Counted from the first letter of the stretch, positions 44,070-53,985 are shown. The stretch: DNA of 64,000 bases from Bacilli bacterium (GCA_017435485.1 JAFSEY010000001.1:17197-81196), one strand, 5' to 3'. The notes: generated by a model not told the origin, from the sequence alone. Numbers and translations: made by a program.

Positions 44070-45807
44070 TATTAAACACTCCTAACTTACTTGCACTTTT
44101 TCTAGCTTGTAGCCATCTATAATGTTCGTTGGTTTCCAATAATTCTTTATGTTTGCCATCACCAACAATTTTTCCCTCATGCAAAACAATTATTCTATCT
44201 GATTTTTTCATTAATTCAGGTTTGTGTGTAATCATTAAAATTGTATGATCTTTCTTTAAGTCTTTTAAAACTGAATTAATATGAGATGCAGTGTCAGGAT
44301 CTAGAGATGAAGTTATTTCATCAAATAATAATATTTCTGATTTAGAAAGTAAAGTTCTTGCTAAACTTATTAATTGTTTTTGTCCTCCCGAAATATTATT
44401 TGCATTTTCTCTTAATATAGTATTATAACCCTGTGGCAAAGATACAATAAAATCATGTATTCCAACTCGCTTACAAGCTTCGATTTGATGTTCTATATTC
44501 GGATCAACAAAATCTAAATTCTTTCTAATACTCATATTAAATATAAAAGGTTTTTGATTAACAACACTTACATTTGATTTATATATATCTTTAGAATACT
44601 CAAAAATATCTACACCATCTATTAAAATTTTTCCTTCGCTTGGTTTGTATAATCTTAATAACATATTAAATATAGACGTTTTTCCAGTACCACTTTGTCC
44701 AACTATTGTTGTTATTGAATTTGATTCGATTTTTAAGTTAATCCCTTTTATAATTTCCTTTGAATTATATCCAAATCTTACATTATCAAATTCTATAATT
44801 CCGTTAATATTATCATTATAAATGTTTCCATAAGTTATATCATTATTTACTTTATAATTTAAAATGCTATTAACTCTTTCAACTGATACATTAACTTCTC
44901 TGATAGAAGTAGTAGCATCAATTAATCTATCTAGATATGTAATTGTAGTTTCAAAATATCCAATTACCAAAACCAAAACATCAATAGTTATTTTTCCATT
45001 CATCATTAACAATAATAAAATTACATATAAAGCAATATTGAATCCATGAGTCATAAATCTTATGTCATTATCTCTTAATGTTAAATATTTTCTTTTTTCA
45101 ATGTATGCTTTAGCATATTTATTTTTAATTTCATTAAGTTTAGATTTTAATTTGGGTAGCATATCAAATGTTTTAATTTCTTGAAGTCCTGATAGTATTT
45201 GAGAAAATAAACTGCTATATCTATCTACTTGATGTTTTTGTTTCTTTAGATATATTGAACTTTTTCTATCAGCATAATTTCTAATACCAATATATAAAAG
45301 AGCAAATACTAAAAATATTAGTGCAACATAAACATTATATAAAGCGACTATAACACAAACAACTATAACTTGTATTATAGTAGTTAATAATTCTGATATT
45401 TGATCACACATATCACCAATATCAATTACATCAGAATTTATAGAATTTATTAGTTTACCTTTGCTTATGTGGTTAGTGAATCTATCATCAATTGTTACCA
45501 GTTTATTTAAAAGTCTAGTTTGTAAACTACCATAACAATAATTCATATTTTTTCCATATAATTTAATATTTATATAATAGAATAACTTATATAATGAATA
45601 AGAAATAACTAGTATACCCAAACTGATATAAGTCATTTTCAAATCGTTAGCTGTAGCATATTTTATTATCCAAGATGCAAATAATGTATTTAGCAAAAGA
45701 AAACCTTTATAACCAAGAGCAGTAATAACCATACCTAGAAAATAACTAATTTTTGTTTGTGATAATTTTAAGTAGTCTTTAACAAATTTATAGTATTCCT
45801 TTATCAT
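44062..45807 (-). CDS. ABC exporter, fused TMD-NBD subunit (heterodimer partner)
   Basis: GQSGTGKT, ISGGQKQ, DEIT. Confidence 0.9.
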   Translation of the reverse strand: MIKEYYKFVKDYLKLSQTKISYFLGMVITALGYKGFLLLNTLFASWIIKYATANDLKMTYISLGILVISYSLYKLFYYINIKLYGKNMNYCYGSLQTRLLNKLVTIDDRFTNHISKGKLINSINSDVIDIGDMCDQISELLTTIIQVIVVCVIVALYNVYVALIFLVFALLYIGIRNYADRKSSIYLKKQKHQVDRYSSLFSQILSGLQEIKTFDMLPKLKSKLNEIKNKYAKAYIEKRKYLTLRDNDIRFMTHGFNIALYVILLLLMMNGKITIDVLVLVIGYFETTITYLDRLIDATTSIREVNVSVERVNSILNYKVNNDITYGNIYNDNINGIIEFDNVRFGYNSKEIIKGINLKIESNSITTIVGQSGTGKTSIFNMLLRLYKPSEGKILIDGVDIFEYSKDIYKSNVSVVNQKPFIFNMSIRKNLDFVDPNIEHQIEACKRVGIHDFIVSLPQGYNTILRENANNISGGQKQLISLARTLLSKSEILLFDEITSSLDPDTASHINSVLKDLKKDHTILMITHKPELMKKSDRIIVLHEGKIVGDGKHKELLETNEHYRWLQARKSASKLGVFNND

Positions 45808-46283
45808 AGGTTCACCTTACAACTATACATATTATCTATTTGTTTAAAACCAAAAGACTTATACATTTTTATTGCTATTTCATTTTTACTACTTAATTTA
45901 AAACTTGTTATTCCCATTTTTTTAGCATAGTTAAAACATTCATTAAATACTTTTTTTTGAAATCCTTTACCTCTATGTTCTTCTTTTGTAAATACATTAC
46001 ATATATACCCATAAAAACCATTTGAATTATTATAAGTAGGGAAATGTTCATCTAAATAAAAACCACAATTGGCAACTAATTCATCATCAATAAACAATCC
46101 AAACATAAACAAAGTTTTATCCAAATGATTCTCAATATAAGTTTTTGTTTTTTCTCTTAATTTTGATTCATCTAAAATAATTTCATTATCATTAATATAT
46201 TTCAAGTCATAATTTTGAATTGCAATTCTTAACGAAACCATTTGATCTAAATCAGTTAAATTTAATTTTCTTATAACTTCCAT
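45804..46283 (-). CDS. GNAT acetyltransferase
   Basis: CNVFT..EHRGKGF; start ATG 46283 after GAGGAG. Confidence 0.85.
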   Translation of the reverse strand: MEVIRKLNLTDLDQMVSLRIAIQNYDLKYINDNEIILDESKLREKTKTYIENHLDKTLFMFGLFIDDELVANCGFYLDEHFPTYNNSNGFYGYICNVFTKEEHRGKGFQKKVFNECFNYAKKMGITSFKLSSKNEIAIKMYKSFGFKQIDNMYSCKVNL

Positions 46284-46327
46284 AAAAACTCCTCTCAATA
46301 CCTTAGCACTCATTATAATTATAACAT

Positions 46328-46367
46328 AAAAAAACGATTTACTCTCATAAACAAAGAGAAAATCGTT
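46328..46367 (-). terminator. Terminator downstream of the ICE-borne tRNA-Trp
   Basis: AACGATTT...AAATCGTT hairpin with A7 on the plus strand. Confidence 0.65.
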
Positions 46368-46376
46368 AAAATTCTC

Positions 46377-46450
46377 TGGCAGGGGCATCAGGATTTGAAC
46401 CCGAATAGATGGTTTTGGAGACCACTATGTTACCATTACATCATGCCCCT
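46377..46450 (-). tRNA. trnW: tRNA-Trp(CCA), intact, inside the ICE
   Basis: 74 nt AGGGGCATGATGTAATGGTAACATAGTGGTCTCCAAAACCATCTATTCGGGTTCAAATCCTGATGCCCCTGCCA folds into a full cloverleaf with encoded CCA. Confidence 0.95.
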
Positions 46451-46474
46451 AGAAAGCTCTTTTAGAGCAAACTT

Positions 46475-46484
46475 ATTATAACAC
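46475..46484 (-). promoter_or_regulatory. Extended -10 promoter for the ICE-borne tRNA
   Basis: TG-T-TATAAT 25 nt upstream of the tRNA. Confidence 0.5.
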
Positions 46485-46551
46485 ATTTATTGTGTTTTTT
46501 AACATTTTTTAACTTGTTTTAGTTCGTTTTATATTGAACTATTTTTTTAAC

Positions 46552-46572
46552 TTTGCCACCAAAGGTGACCAC
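46552..46572. promoter_or_regulatory. Putative integrase arm-type site (right end)
   Basis: TTTGCCACCAAAGGTGACCAC; near-copy of 11214-11234. Confidence 0.65.
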
Positions 46573-46647
46573 ACTTTGAAAGAGTAGTTTTAACAAAGTC
46601 AATGTTTATAAGGGTTAAATTGGCATTTAATCTCTCAATAACAAGAG

Positions 46648-46685
46648 TTTTGGAGACCATTATTATACCATTTAACTACGCCCCT
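46648..46685 (-). pseudogene. 5' half of host tRNA-Trp(CCA); ICE right junction
   Basis: Minus strand AGGGGCGTAGTTAAATGGTATAATAATGGTCTCCAAAA: acceptor 5' strand, D-arm and anticodon loop, then non-tRNA sequence. Confidence 0.9.
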
Positions 46686-46764
46686 AAACAATTTGTAAGA
46701 ATATTGTAACATAAAACATTACAAAAAACTAGCTTTTTTCATAAAATAATGTAGGTGATAAAAT

Positions 46765-47187
46765 ATGATAGTTAATTATACAACTTCAGAATTAGATCAA
46801 TTAGCAAGAATAATGCGTGCAGAAGCTCTAGCTGAAGGTGATTTAGGAATGCTTATGGTTGGAAATGTTGTCGTAAATAGAGTTTTAGCGGATTGCTTAA
46901 CTTTTAAAAACATTAGAAGTGTCTATGACGCCATTTATCAACCAAATCAGTTTGTTGGAACCTCCAGTTCGCTATATCAAGCAAAAGCAACAACTGCTGA
47001 AAAAAACTTAGCCCAGCGTGTATTAAAAGGAGAATACTACCACCCTGCCACAAATGCATTATGGTTTTATGCTCCTTCTAAAAACACTAATTGCAAACAA
47101 GTTTGGTATGAACAAGATTTAGCAGGCAAATATAAAAACCATTGTTTTTATAATCCTGACCCTGGCATTTGCAAACAACTTCATTAA
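46765..47187 (+). CDS. cwlJ: CwlJ/SleB-family cell wall hydrolase
   Basis: LARIMRAEA..EG..GML.VGNV..NR..ADC..F...IYQP..F...W..Q......K.HCFY.P...C matches the CwlJ layout. Confidence 0.75.
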   Translation: MIVNYTTSELDQLARIMRAEALAEGDLGMLMVGNVVVNRVLADCLTFKNIRSVYDAIYQPNQFVGTSSSLYQAKATTAEKNLAQRVLKGEYYHPATNALWFYAPSKNTNCKQVWYEQDLAGKYKNHCFYNPDPGICKQLH

Positions 47188-47194
47188 AAACCTG

Positions 47195-48754
47195 TTAAGG
47201 TTTTTCTTTTTTTAATGACCTACTTAAATCTTGGTTGTTTGTATAACAATATCTTGGCAAGAAAGCTTCAGAATTAAAAAACATATCAAATTTATCCAAC
47301 GTCATTTTTAAAGTTCTTTTTCTGTTTTTATAAATATCAGCTAACTCAATTATAATTTCTCCGCTTTTAACAGAAAAATTTACATTAACATTTCCGTGAG
47401 CAAGAGCATTTCTAATGCTATCTAAAACCACAAATTTAATAGCAGAATCATAATCTAATCCCTTTTTATTAATAACTTTCTTAATAGATTCTCTTAAATC
47501 AATTAGCGTCATATCTTCATCATCTATTAAAGTATTAAAATAAATATTATCATCAAATTCCAAATTAATTTTTTCATAATCTATATTACTAAAAGTTTTA
47601 TTTTGTACTCTATAAATAACCAAATATGCTTTTAAAATGGAAAGTGATGCCATCATTCCTAAATTATAAGATTTATCGTAAACAAAATCTTCCACATTTG
47701 GTATAAAATTTTTATCACCAATTTTTAATACTAATTTAAATAAATGAACTAGATTAGAACTAATCTGTCTTTTGTTTTCATATACTATCTCTAGATAATA
47801 TCTTATAATCTTTGATTGTTGAAAAAAATCCAAATTATAAAAATCGAAGCCATATCTTCTCTCAATATCCAGCACAATTATATGGATTATTTCGTTTGAA
47901 AGCTTAAAAAAATTAACATCTTCAAGTTTTACATCATCGTCCATTTTCTTAGTAAAAACCTCTTGCAAATAACTATAAATATTGGAGTTCTCAAGGCAAT
48001 TATTTATTAAACTCGTACCAAAGAAATTATTTCCATCGTAATTATTTACCTTAGAATTAACATCCCACACAAGAAATCTTCTCATAAAATTTATTAGTTT
48101 ATCTTGATTATCCATAGGCACAAATTCTTCAATATTTGAAATTGTTTCTACCATATAAATATAAGTTTTTTCTGACAACCCCATTGAAGGAACATTGCTA
48201 AAATATGACAATATAAATTGATAAAAATTAAAATTCAAAATAATTGCTTCGTAATTGGATTTAATTTTTAAATGAGTTAACGCAACTAAGTTTGAGCCAT
48301 TATCATCTAACGTAAAATTGCTATGTAACAAACTATTTCTCACTTGACGAAAAATAGTTTTATCATTATTATTTTCATCAAAATTTTTTATAATGCTTAA
48401 CCAAGAGCCAAACATACTTGGTTGTCTATTCATACTTTTAAAATAATTAACAGCTTTTCGGTCTGCACTAGACATAAGAACTTTTGATAAATCAGCAACA
48501 ACAGATTCATTATATGAATCAACAATACCTGCCTTATCAATACTTTCTTTATTAATACCTAAAATTGCTACCAGAATTATTAATAACAAAGCATTTTTTT
48601 GTTCAAATAATCTTTTCTCTGCAATAGAACTATCAACTTTTTGATTTTCCCAAAATAGTTCCGTCCCTTTGGTATCAACGCCACTTTTATAAACTACCAA
48701 TAATTCTTCTAATAAATTAAATGCTCTTCTATAAAATTTTTCTTCTGCAGTCAT
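47195..48754 (-). CDS. Hypothetical protein with two HEPN-like R-x4-H motifs
   Basis: RQVRNSLLHSNF and SIRNALAHGN. Confidence 0.6.
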   Translation of the reverse strand: MTAEEKFYRRAFNLLEELLVVYKSGVDTKGTELFWENQKVDSSIAEKRLFEQKNALLLIILVAILGINKESIDKAGIVDSYNESVVADLSKVLMSSADRKAVNYFKSMNRQPSMFGSWLSIIKNFDENNNDKTIFRQVRNSLLHSNFTLDDNGSNLVALTHLKIKSNYEAIILNFNFYQFILSYFSNVPSMGLSEKTYIYMVETISNIEEFVPMDNQDKLINFMRRFLVWDVNSKVNNYDGNNFFGTSLINNCLENSNIYSYLQEVFTKKMDDDVKLEDVNFFKLSNEIIHIIVLDIERRYGFDFYNLDFFQQSKIIRYYLEIVYENKRQISSNLVHLFKLVLKIGDKNFIPNVEDFVYDKSYNLGMMASLSILKAYLVIYRVQNKTFSNIDYEKINLEFDDNIYFNTLIDDEDMTLIDLRESIKKVINKKGLDYDSAIKFVVLDSIRNALAHGNVNVNFSVKSGEIIIELADIYKNRKRTLKMTLDKFDMFFNSEAFLPRYCYTNNQDLSRSLKKEKP

Positions 48755-48829
48755 GATTATCCCCTAATTTCATATTTAATTATGTTATCTTAAATTTTAT
48801 ACTTTTGTCAACAAAAAAACCCATAAGGG

Positions 48830-50056
48830 TTAGTTTTTAGGAACTAGTAGTCTTTGTCCAATACTTAGTACACTTGTTGATAAGTTATTAATATCTACAA
48901 GATTACTAACAGTTGTATCATACATTCTAGCTATACTATATAAAGTATCTCCACTTTTTACGGTATATGTTTCTAAATTAGATTCTTTTCCGGTTGGAAT
49001 TTTTAATACTTGACCTATTGATAATAGATTAGATGTAAGTCCATTAGCTTGCTTTAATTCGTTTACTGAAACACCATATAATTTACTAATAGCATATAAG
49101 TTATCGCCGCTTTTTACGATATATTGGTTTGTAGAATCATCTTGTTGAGGACTTTTAGAAATATATAAAACTTGACCTATTGATAAATTGTTTGAGGTTA
49201 AGTTATTAAGTTTTTTCAAGTTATCAACAGTAGTATTATAATTAGCTGCTATTTTATATAGAGTGTCGCCACTTTTTACTGTATAGGTTATATCTTCTCC
49301 TTCGGTAACATTTGTTTCTCCAGTTGGTAAATATAGAACTTGACCTATAGATAAGGAATTGGAAGTTAAATTATTTAATTCTTTTAATTCATTTACAGAA
49401 GTATTATACTTTTTAGCAAGATTCCATAAAGTATCTCCACTTTTAACTACATGCACTTTAGCATCAATACTTGGAACATAACTAACACCTAAGTATTGGG
49501 CAACGGCACTAACTACTGCCTCAGCATATTTTCGCCAATTATTTTTTAAATCTTCTGCATCAGAAGCATTATCTGCAAATCCATATTCAACTATGATACT
49601 CTCATTATTGGCGGTATCTCTTAAAATAAAGTAATAATCTTGAGCAGGATTACTTGGCAATCTTCTTTGATAATACTTACGGACAGTCTGACCAGCTTTT
49701 TCTAATTCAGAAGCTATCATTCTAGATAAAGTACTATTATTACGCAATGCATAAATTACTTCCGCACCTTCGCCGCCTCCTGCATTTATATGGTTAGAAA
49801 TTAATAATACATCATTTCCACTACCATAAAAACTTTTTGCTTTATTAACTCTTTGCGAAGGTGTTAACGTCTCATCTGTCGTTCTTGTCATACTAACATC
49901 CAATCCTAAATCCTTTAATCGATCATAAATATAGTCACTTATCAACAAATTATATTCCTTTTCAACAATTCCATTTCCACTGGTTCCTGGATCATTTCCA
50001 CCATGACCAGCATCAATTACTATTTTTTTAGGAGCTCTTTCATTCATGTTTATCAC
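48830..50056 (-). CDS. N-acetylmuramoyl-L-alanine amidase with 4 LysM domains
   Basis: IDAGHGG, SNHIN, IVEYGF; four Y.VKSGD.L..I repeats. Confidence 0.92.
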   Translation of the reverse strand: MINMNERAPKKIVIDAGHGGNDPGTSGNGIVEKEYNLLISDYIYDRLKDLGLDVSMTRTTDETLTPSQRVNKAKSFYGSGNDVLLISNHINAGGGEGAEVIYALRNNSTLSRMIASELEKAGQTVRKYYQRRLPSNPAQDYYFILRDTANNESIIVEYGFADNASDAEDLKNNWRKYAEAVVSAVAQYLGVSYVPSIDAKVHVVKSGDTLWNLAKKYNTSVNELKELNNLTSNSLSIGQVLYLPTGETNVTEGEDITYTVKSGDTLYKIAANYNTTVDNLKKLNNLTSNNLSIGQVLYISKSPQQDDSTNQYIVKSGDNLYAISKLYGVSVNELKQANGLTSNLLSIGQVLKIPTGKESNLETYTVKSGDTLYSIARMYDTTVSNLVDINNLSTSVLSIGQRLLVPKN

Positions 50057-50134
50057 CTAATATAAAATATGTATTATTTAGCTTTTGGTGAAAAAAGATA
50101 TCATTTATGTTATAATTTTTCTGGTGATAAAAAA

Positions 50135-51073
50135 ATGCCAGCAATTTATACTCATAACGTTTTTGCTAAAAACGTATATAATAGTTTAGATGAAAATATT
50201 CAAAAAAAATTTATAGATAAAATCAATATTTATGAAATTTTCTCCCAAAGCTTCGACTTCCTTTACTACTATAATTTTTTATCTTTAAAGCCAGGAAGAA
50301 AAATCAGAAAATTTGGAAGGTATTGTCATCGCAACAATACTCAAGATTATTTACTAAATATTATAAAATATATTAAAAAAAATAAATTATATAATAACAC
50401 CGATGTCTTAGCTTACTTATATGGTTCTATTAATCATTACACTTGCGATACCACCATGCATCCGTATGTTAATTATCTTTGTTCAATTGCCAAAGATAAA
50501 GTAGGTATGCATACGAAATTAGAATTTGAAATAGATGCTTACTACTACGAATTAGTTAACAATAAACCTTTCCATAAATATGACATTACCAAAGATTTAT
50601 TGAATAAAGTTAGATTTTCTCAAGAATTAAAAAAATGCTTAAATAACGTCTTTAAACAAACATATGATGTTGATAACTTAGGAGATATCTATGAAAAAAG
50701 CTACAACCAAAGTTCTACTATTTTTAAACTTGCTATGATTGATAAATATGGAATAAAAAAGTTTATATATAAAATATTAGACTTAATAACAGTTCGCTTT
50801 AATATTAAATGTTCTCATTGTTCCTTTTATATAAAAAATGTTGATAAGGCATTTTTAAACATGAATAACAAAGAATGGTATAATCCAAGCAATAAAAAAA
50901 TAAAATCTAATTTATCATGGAATGAATTATTTGATTCTGCCAAAGATAAAAGTATTAAGTTAATAACTTTATGTGATAAGTATTTTAACAATAAAATATC
51001 TTTAAAAAAATTAACCGCCCAAATTCCTAACATTTCTTATGTAAACGGCCTTATTATCAAACAAAAAAATTAG
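50135..51073 (+). CDS. Zinc-dependent phospholipase C family protein
   Basis: MPAIYTH, HYTCDTTMHPYV, HTKLEFEID. Confidence 0.75.
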   Translation: MPAIYTHNVFAKNVYNSLDENIQKKFIDKINIYEIFSQSFDFLYYYNFLSLKPGRKIRKFGRYCHRNNTQDYLLNIIKYIKKNKLYNNTDVLAYLYGSINHYTCDTTMHPYVNYLCSIAKDKVGMHTKLEFEIDAYYYELVNNKPFHKYDITKDLLNKVRFSQELKKCLNNVFKQTYDVDNLGDIYEKSYNQSSTIFKLAMIDKYGIKKFIYKILDLITVRFNIKCSHCSFYIKNVDKAFLNMNNKEWYNPSNKKIKSNLSWNELFDSAKDKSIKLITLCDKYFNNKISLKKLTAQIPNISYVNGLIIKQKN

Positions 51074-51098
51074 CTAATTTCATTAGCTAATTTTTAAT

Positions 51099-52229
51099 TT
51101 AATTTGTTTTTTTCGTTTCAAGCGCTACTGACAATACTTTCTCGACACCATTTCGATTAACTGTAACACTAATTGTATCTCCTACTGAATGACTATATAA
51201 TACATATCTAAAATATGCTAGCGAACTAATCTCAGTATCATCTACTTTAATGATAACATCGTCTTTTTGTAGACCACCTTTTTCAGCATCGCTGCCTTTT
51301 TCAACATCAGTTACTAACACGCCGCTTGTTACATTTAAAGCACTTAAAATATTATAATATTCTCTTGAATAATAAGCATCTGCTACATTAACCATATAAA
51401 TACCTAAATATGGTTGTGATATTTCTTCTCCATTAATTATCTTGTTAGCATAATCTAGCGCTGTTTCAATTGGAATAGCAAATCCCATTCCTTCAACGCC
51501 ACTACTCACTAATTTTAATGAAGTTACCCCAATCACTTCTCCATTAGCATTAGCTAAAGGACCACCACTGTTTCCTGAATTTATAGCGGCATCAGTTTGT
51601 AATACGCTCATTACCCAATCACTTGATTTGCTATTGCTTGTTGATACTTCTACTAATCTATCTTTACCAGAAACAATTCCTCTTGTAACAGTCCAAGAAT
51701 AAGCATTATCAAGCGGAGCCCCAACAGCGAAAGCCGTATCTCCAATCCTTGCATCTTTACTTTTTCCTAATTCTGCCACCGAAATTATTTCATCACTACT
51801 TACAGAAAGCACTGCAATATCTGCATATTTATCACTTCCAACAACAGTAACTTCAGTTTCATTTTGGTTAGTAAATGTTACTAAGATTTGATCGCCATCT
51901 TCAATAACATGATTATTTGTCAGGATATAAGCTTTATCTCCATCTTTTTTATAAACAAAACCTGTCCCAGAAGCTACCCCTTTACCATTTTTATAAGTAG
52001 ATACAACTACAACAGAATCATATACCTTTTCAACTGATTCAGCCAAACCAGTATCATTTATAGTAACATTCTTTTCTAATTTTGTTGTTTCTTTAATAAA
52101 TACTGTTGGATAAAGCTTTAAAACCGCATAAAAAGCTCCCGCACCAATAAAGAATGCTAATATAGCAATTACTATAGTATTTAATTTACTATTATCATTA
52201 TTATTCATTTGATAATTATTATAATCCAT
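51099..52229 (-). CDS. htrA: HtrA-like serine protease with PDZ domain
   Basis: TNNHV, DIAVL, TDAAINSGNSGGPL. Confidence 0.92.
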   Translation of the reverse strand: MDYNNYQMNNNDNSKLNTIVIAILAFFIGAGAFYAVLKLYPTVFIKETTKLEKNVTINDTGLAESVEKVYDSVVVVSTYKNGKGVASGTGFVYKKDGDKAYILTNNHVIEDGDQILVTFTNQNETEVTVVGSDKYADIAVLSVSSDEIISVAELGKSKDARIGDTAFAVGAPLDNAYSWTVTRGIVSGKDRLVEVSTSNSKSSDWVMSVLQTDAAINSGNSGGPLANANGEVIGVTSLKLVSSGVEGMGFAIPIETALDYANKIINGEEISQPYLGIYMVNVADAYYSREYYNILSALNVTSGVLVTDVEKGSDAEKGGLQKDDVIIKVDDTEISSLAYFRYVLYSHSVGDTISVTVNRNGVEKVLSVALETKKTN

Positions 52230-52231
52230 TT

Positions 52232-53170
52232 TTATAACCTCACTATATCTCTAAAATTTGATGGAAATCCCATAATATCCATAATCTTTTCTATGCTTAT
52301 TACTTCTAACTTACCACTTAAATAATCAAGTTCATAAGATATTTCATTAATTAATAAGGTAAAATCATCTTCACTTAATAAACTTTTTAAAATAATAATT
52401 ACTGAAAATATATCATTTTTTCCATAAACATATTCGCCATTTAATTTATCAATTCCCAATTGACTATGATATATCGTATCACTAATTTCTTTTTGAGTTC
52501 TATGTTCATAACATAAATCTTCATGTGCACACAAGTTACGATAATTAGCCAAGATTGGTAAATAATCAATTAAATCATTAACTTGAACATTTAATATATC
52601 AGCTATTTCACTTTGATCTGAGCTTTTTAATATTGTATATAACTCACTTACAATTCCAAAAGATAGCACTTTAACTCCTACCCATAAAGGAACAAAATTA
52701 TATTTATTTATATAATGTTCAGTAGCTGTATGTTGAAATCCATTAACTCTAATTTGTCTACTCATTTTTTTCAACAAATCATTTATTTGTTTTTTTCTTT
52801 TGCTATCTCTATTATAAATAGCTGGATTTAAATAGTCATTTTCAGTATATCCATGATTTTTACTAATAACATAAGAAATGATACTTTTTAAATTATTTTC
52901 TACAATTAAAACGTTCTTAAAAATAATATTTCTCAGCTGTCTATCAAAAGAAAACATCGCATATAATTCTCTAAACGTTGTTCCAGATAAAAAAGTTCGA
53001 TCCGCTTGTGACTTTAAAAAAGGATGACGATATCCACTAATAAAGAAATAATTCTCTCTTAATAAAATATGCTTTGTAAGTAATTCATCTTCAATTATTA
53101 ACCCTTTATTCTTAAGTATTTGGACCTGTTCTTCAAGAGTTTTAAAACTTTTTGATTTCATATGCTCCAC
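52232..53170 (-). CDS. Abi family (AbiD/F-like, HEPN) protein
   Basis: FKTLEEQV..L..KGL, NYFFISGY, FDRQLR, RNLCAH. Confidence 0.85.
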   Translation of the reverse strand: MEHMKSKSFKTLEEQVQILKNKGLIIEDELLTKHILLRENYFFISGYRHPFLKSQADRTFLSGTTFRELYAMFSFDRQLRNIIFKNVLIVENNLKSIISYVISKNHGYTENDYLNPAIYNRDSKRKKQINDLLKKMSRQIRVNGFQHTATEHYINKYNFVPLWVGVKVLSFGIVSELYTILKSSDQSEIADILNVQVNDLIDYLPILANYRNLCAHEDLCYEHRTQKEISDTIYHSQLGIDKLNGEYVYGKNDIFSVIIILKSLLSEDDFTLLINEISYELDYLSGKLEVISIEKIMDIMGFPSNFRDIVRL

Positions 53171-53261
53171 CTATTATACAATTATATCACAAAGTTCATT
53201 TAAATAATACTTAAATAATATGATTTTAATGCAAAATAAATGTGAAAAAAATGTGAATTTA

Positions 53262-53912
53262 TTAAATATCTAGATTAGCAATACTCTTAGCAATAGCTAC
53301 AGCAACTTGTTTTTGATATTCATCAGTTATAAGTTTAGCTCTTTCCGTAGCATTCGATAAAAAACCACACTCTAACAATACTCCTGGAATTGATAACTTT
53401 CGATACATATAAGTAGTAACTGGAATTATCTTGCTTTCTCTATCTCCTTTTAGATTTTTATTTAAATAATCTTGAATATTTTTAGCGTATTCCATATTAT
53501 CTTTTAAAGCAAATACTTGCGGCCCACTATATCTTGAATCTGTTAAATAATTAAGATGAATAGAAACATAGAAATCCGTCCCACTATTATTTATTAATTT
53601 AATTCGGTTATCAAAATCACTTTTCTTCCTAGCATATGCTGATGGCGAACTTAAATCATAATCTCCTTCTCTAGTCATAATTACATTAGCGCCAAGATTT
53701 TTTAACATTTCTTTTAAATATAAACTTATTTTTAAATTAATATCCTTTTCATAAATATCCTTATAAGTAGTTCCCGGATCTTTACCACCATGACCTGCAT
53801 CAATCGCAATTGTTTTTCCTTTTAAAGGAAGTTTAGCAGAAACTATATATTTTGAAGATACAAAAAAACATATAAAAAAACAAATAAGAATAAACATAAT
53901 ATACTTTTTCAT
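53262..53912 (-). CDS. N-acetylmuramoyl-L-alanine amidase (CwlD-like)
   Basis: IDAGHGGKDPG, VSIHLN, LLECGFLSN..E. Confidence 0.88.
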   Translation of the reverse strand: MKKYIMFILICFFICFFVSSKYIVSAKLPLKGKTIAIDAGHGGKDPGTTYKDIYEKDINLKISLYLKEMLKNLGANVIMTREGDYDLSSPSAYARKKSDFDNRIKLINNSGTDFYVSIHLNYLTDSRYSGPQVFALKDNMEYAKNIQDYLNKNLKGDRESKIIPVTTYMYRKLSIPGVLLECGFLSNATERAKLITDEYQKQVAVAIAKSIANLDI

Positions 53913-53985
53913 ATTAAAATATATGCTTAATCTTTCTATTTACAATAAAAAATGAACTAATAATTAGTTCAAATTCAAATACTTA

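Larger units (their letters stand above)
11101..46655. mobile_element. Integrative conjugative element (~35.5 kb) inserted in the tRNA-Trp anticodon loop
   Basis: 8-bp direct repeat TTTTGGAG at 11101-11108 and 46648-46655 joining complementary tRNA halves; contains int/xis, relaxase, T4CP and T4SS genes. Confidence 0.9.

Noticed and set aside
45804-46388. Track start at 46388 for the last GNAT, plus long starts for rplM (60801), adhesin (36323) and HTH (58035)
   Set aside because: They run into the tRNA, terminators or neighbouring genes; internal ATGs with SD fit better.
46621-46685. Second functional tRNA-Trp
   Set aside because: No T-arm and no acceptor 3' strand pairing with AGGGGCG.
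52232-53170. Abi gene as part of a novel defence island
   Set aside because: Known Abi family, embedded among apparent backbone genes (htrA, amidase) with no partner or mobility signature.
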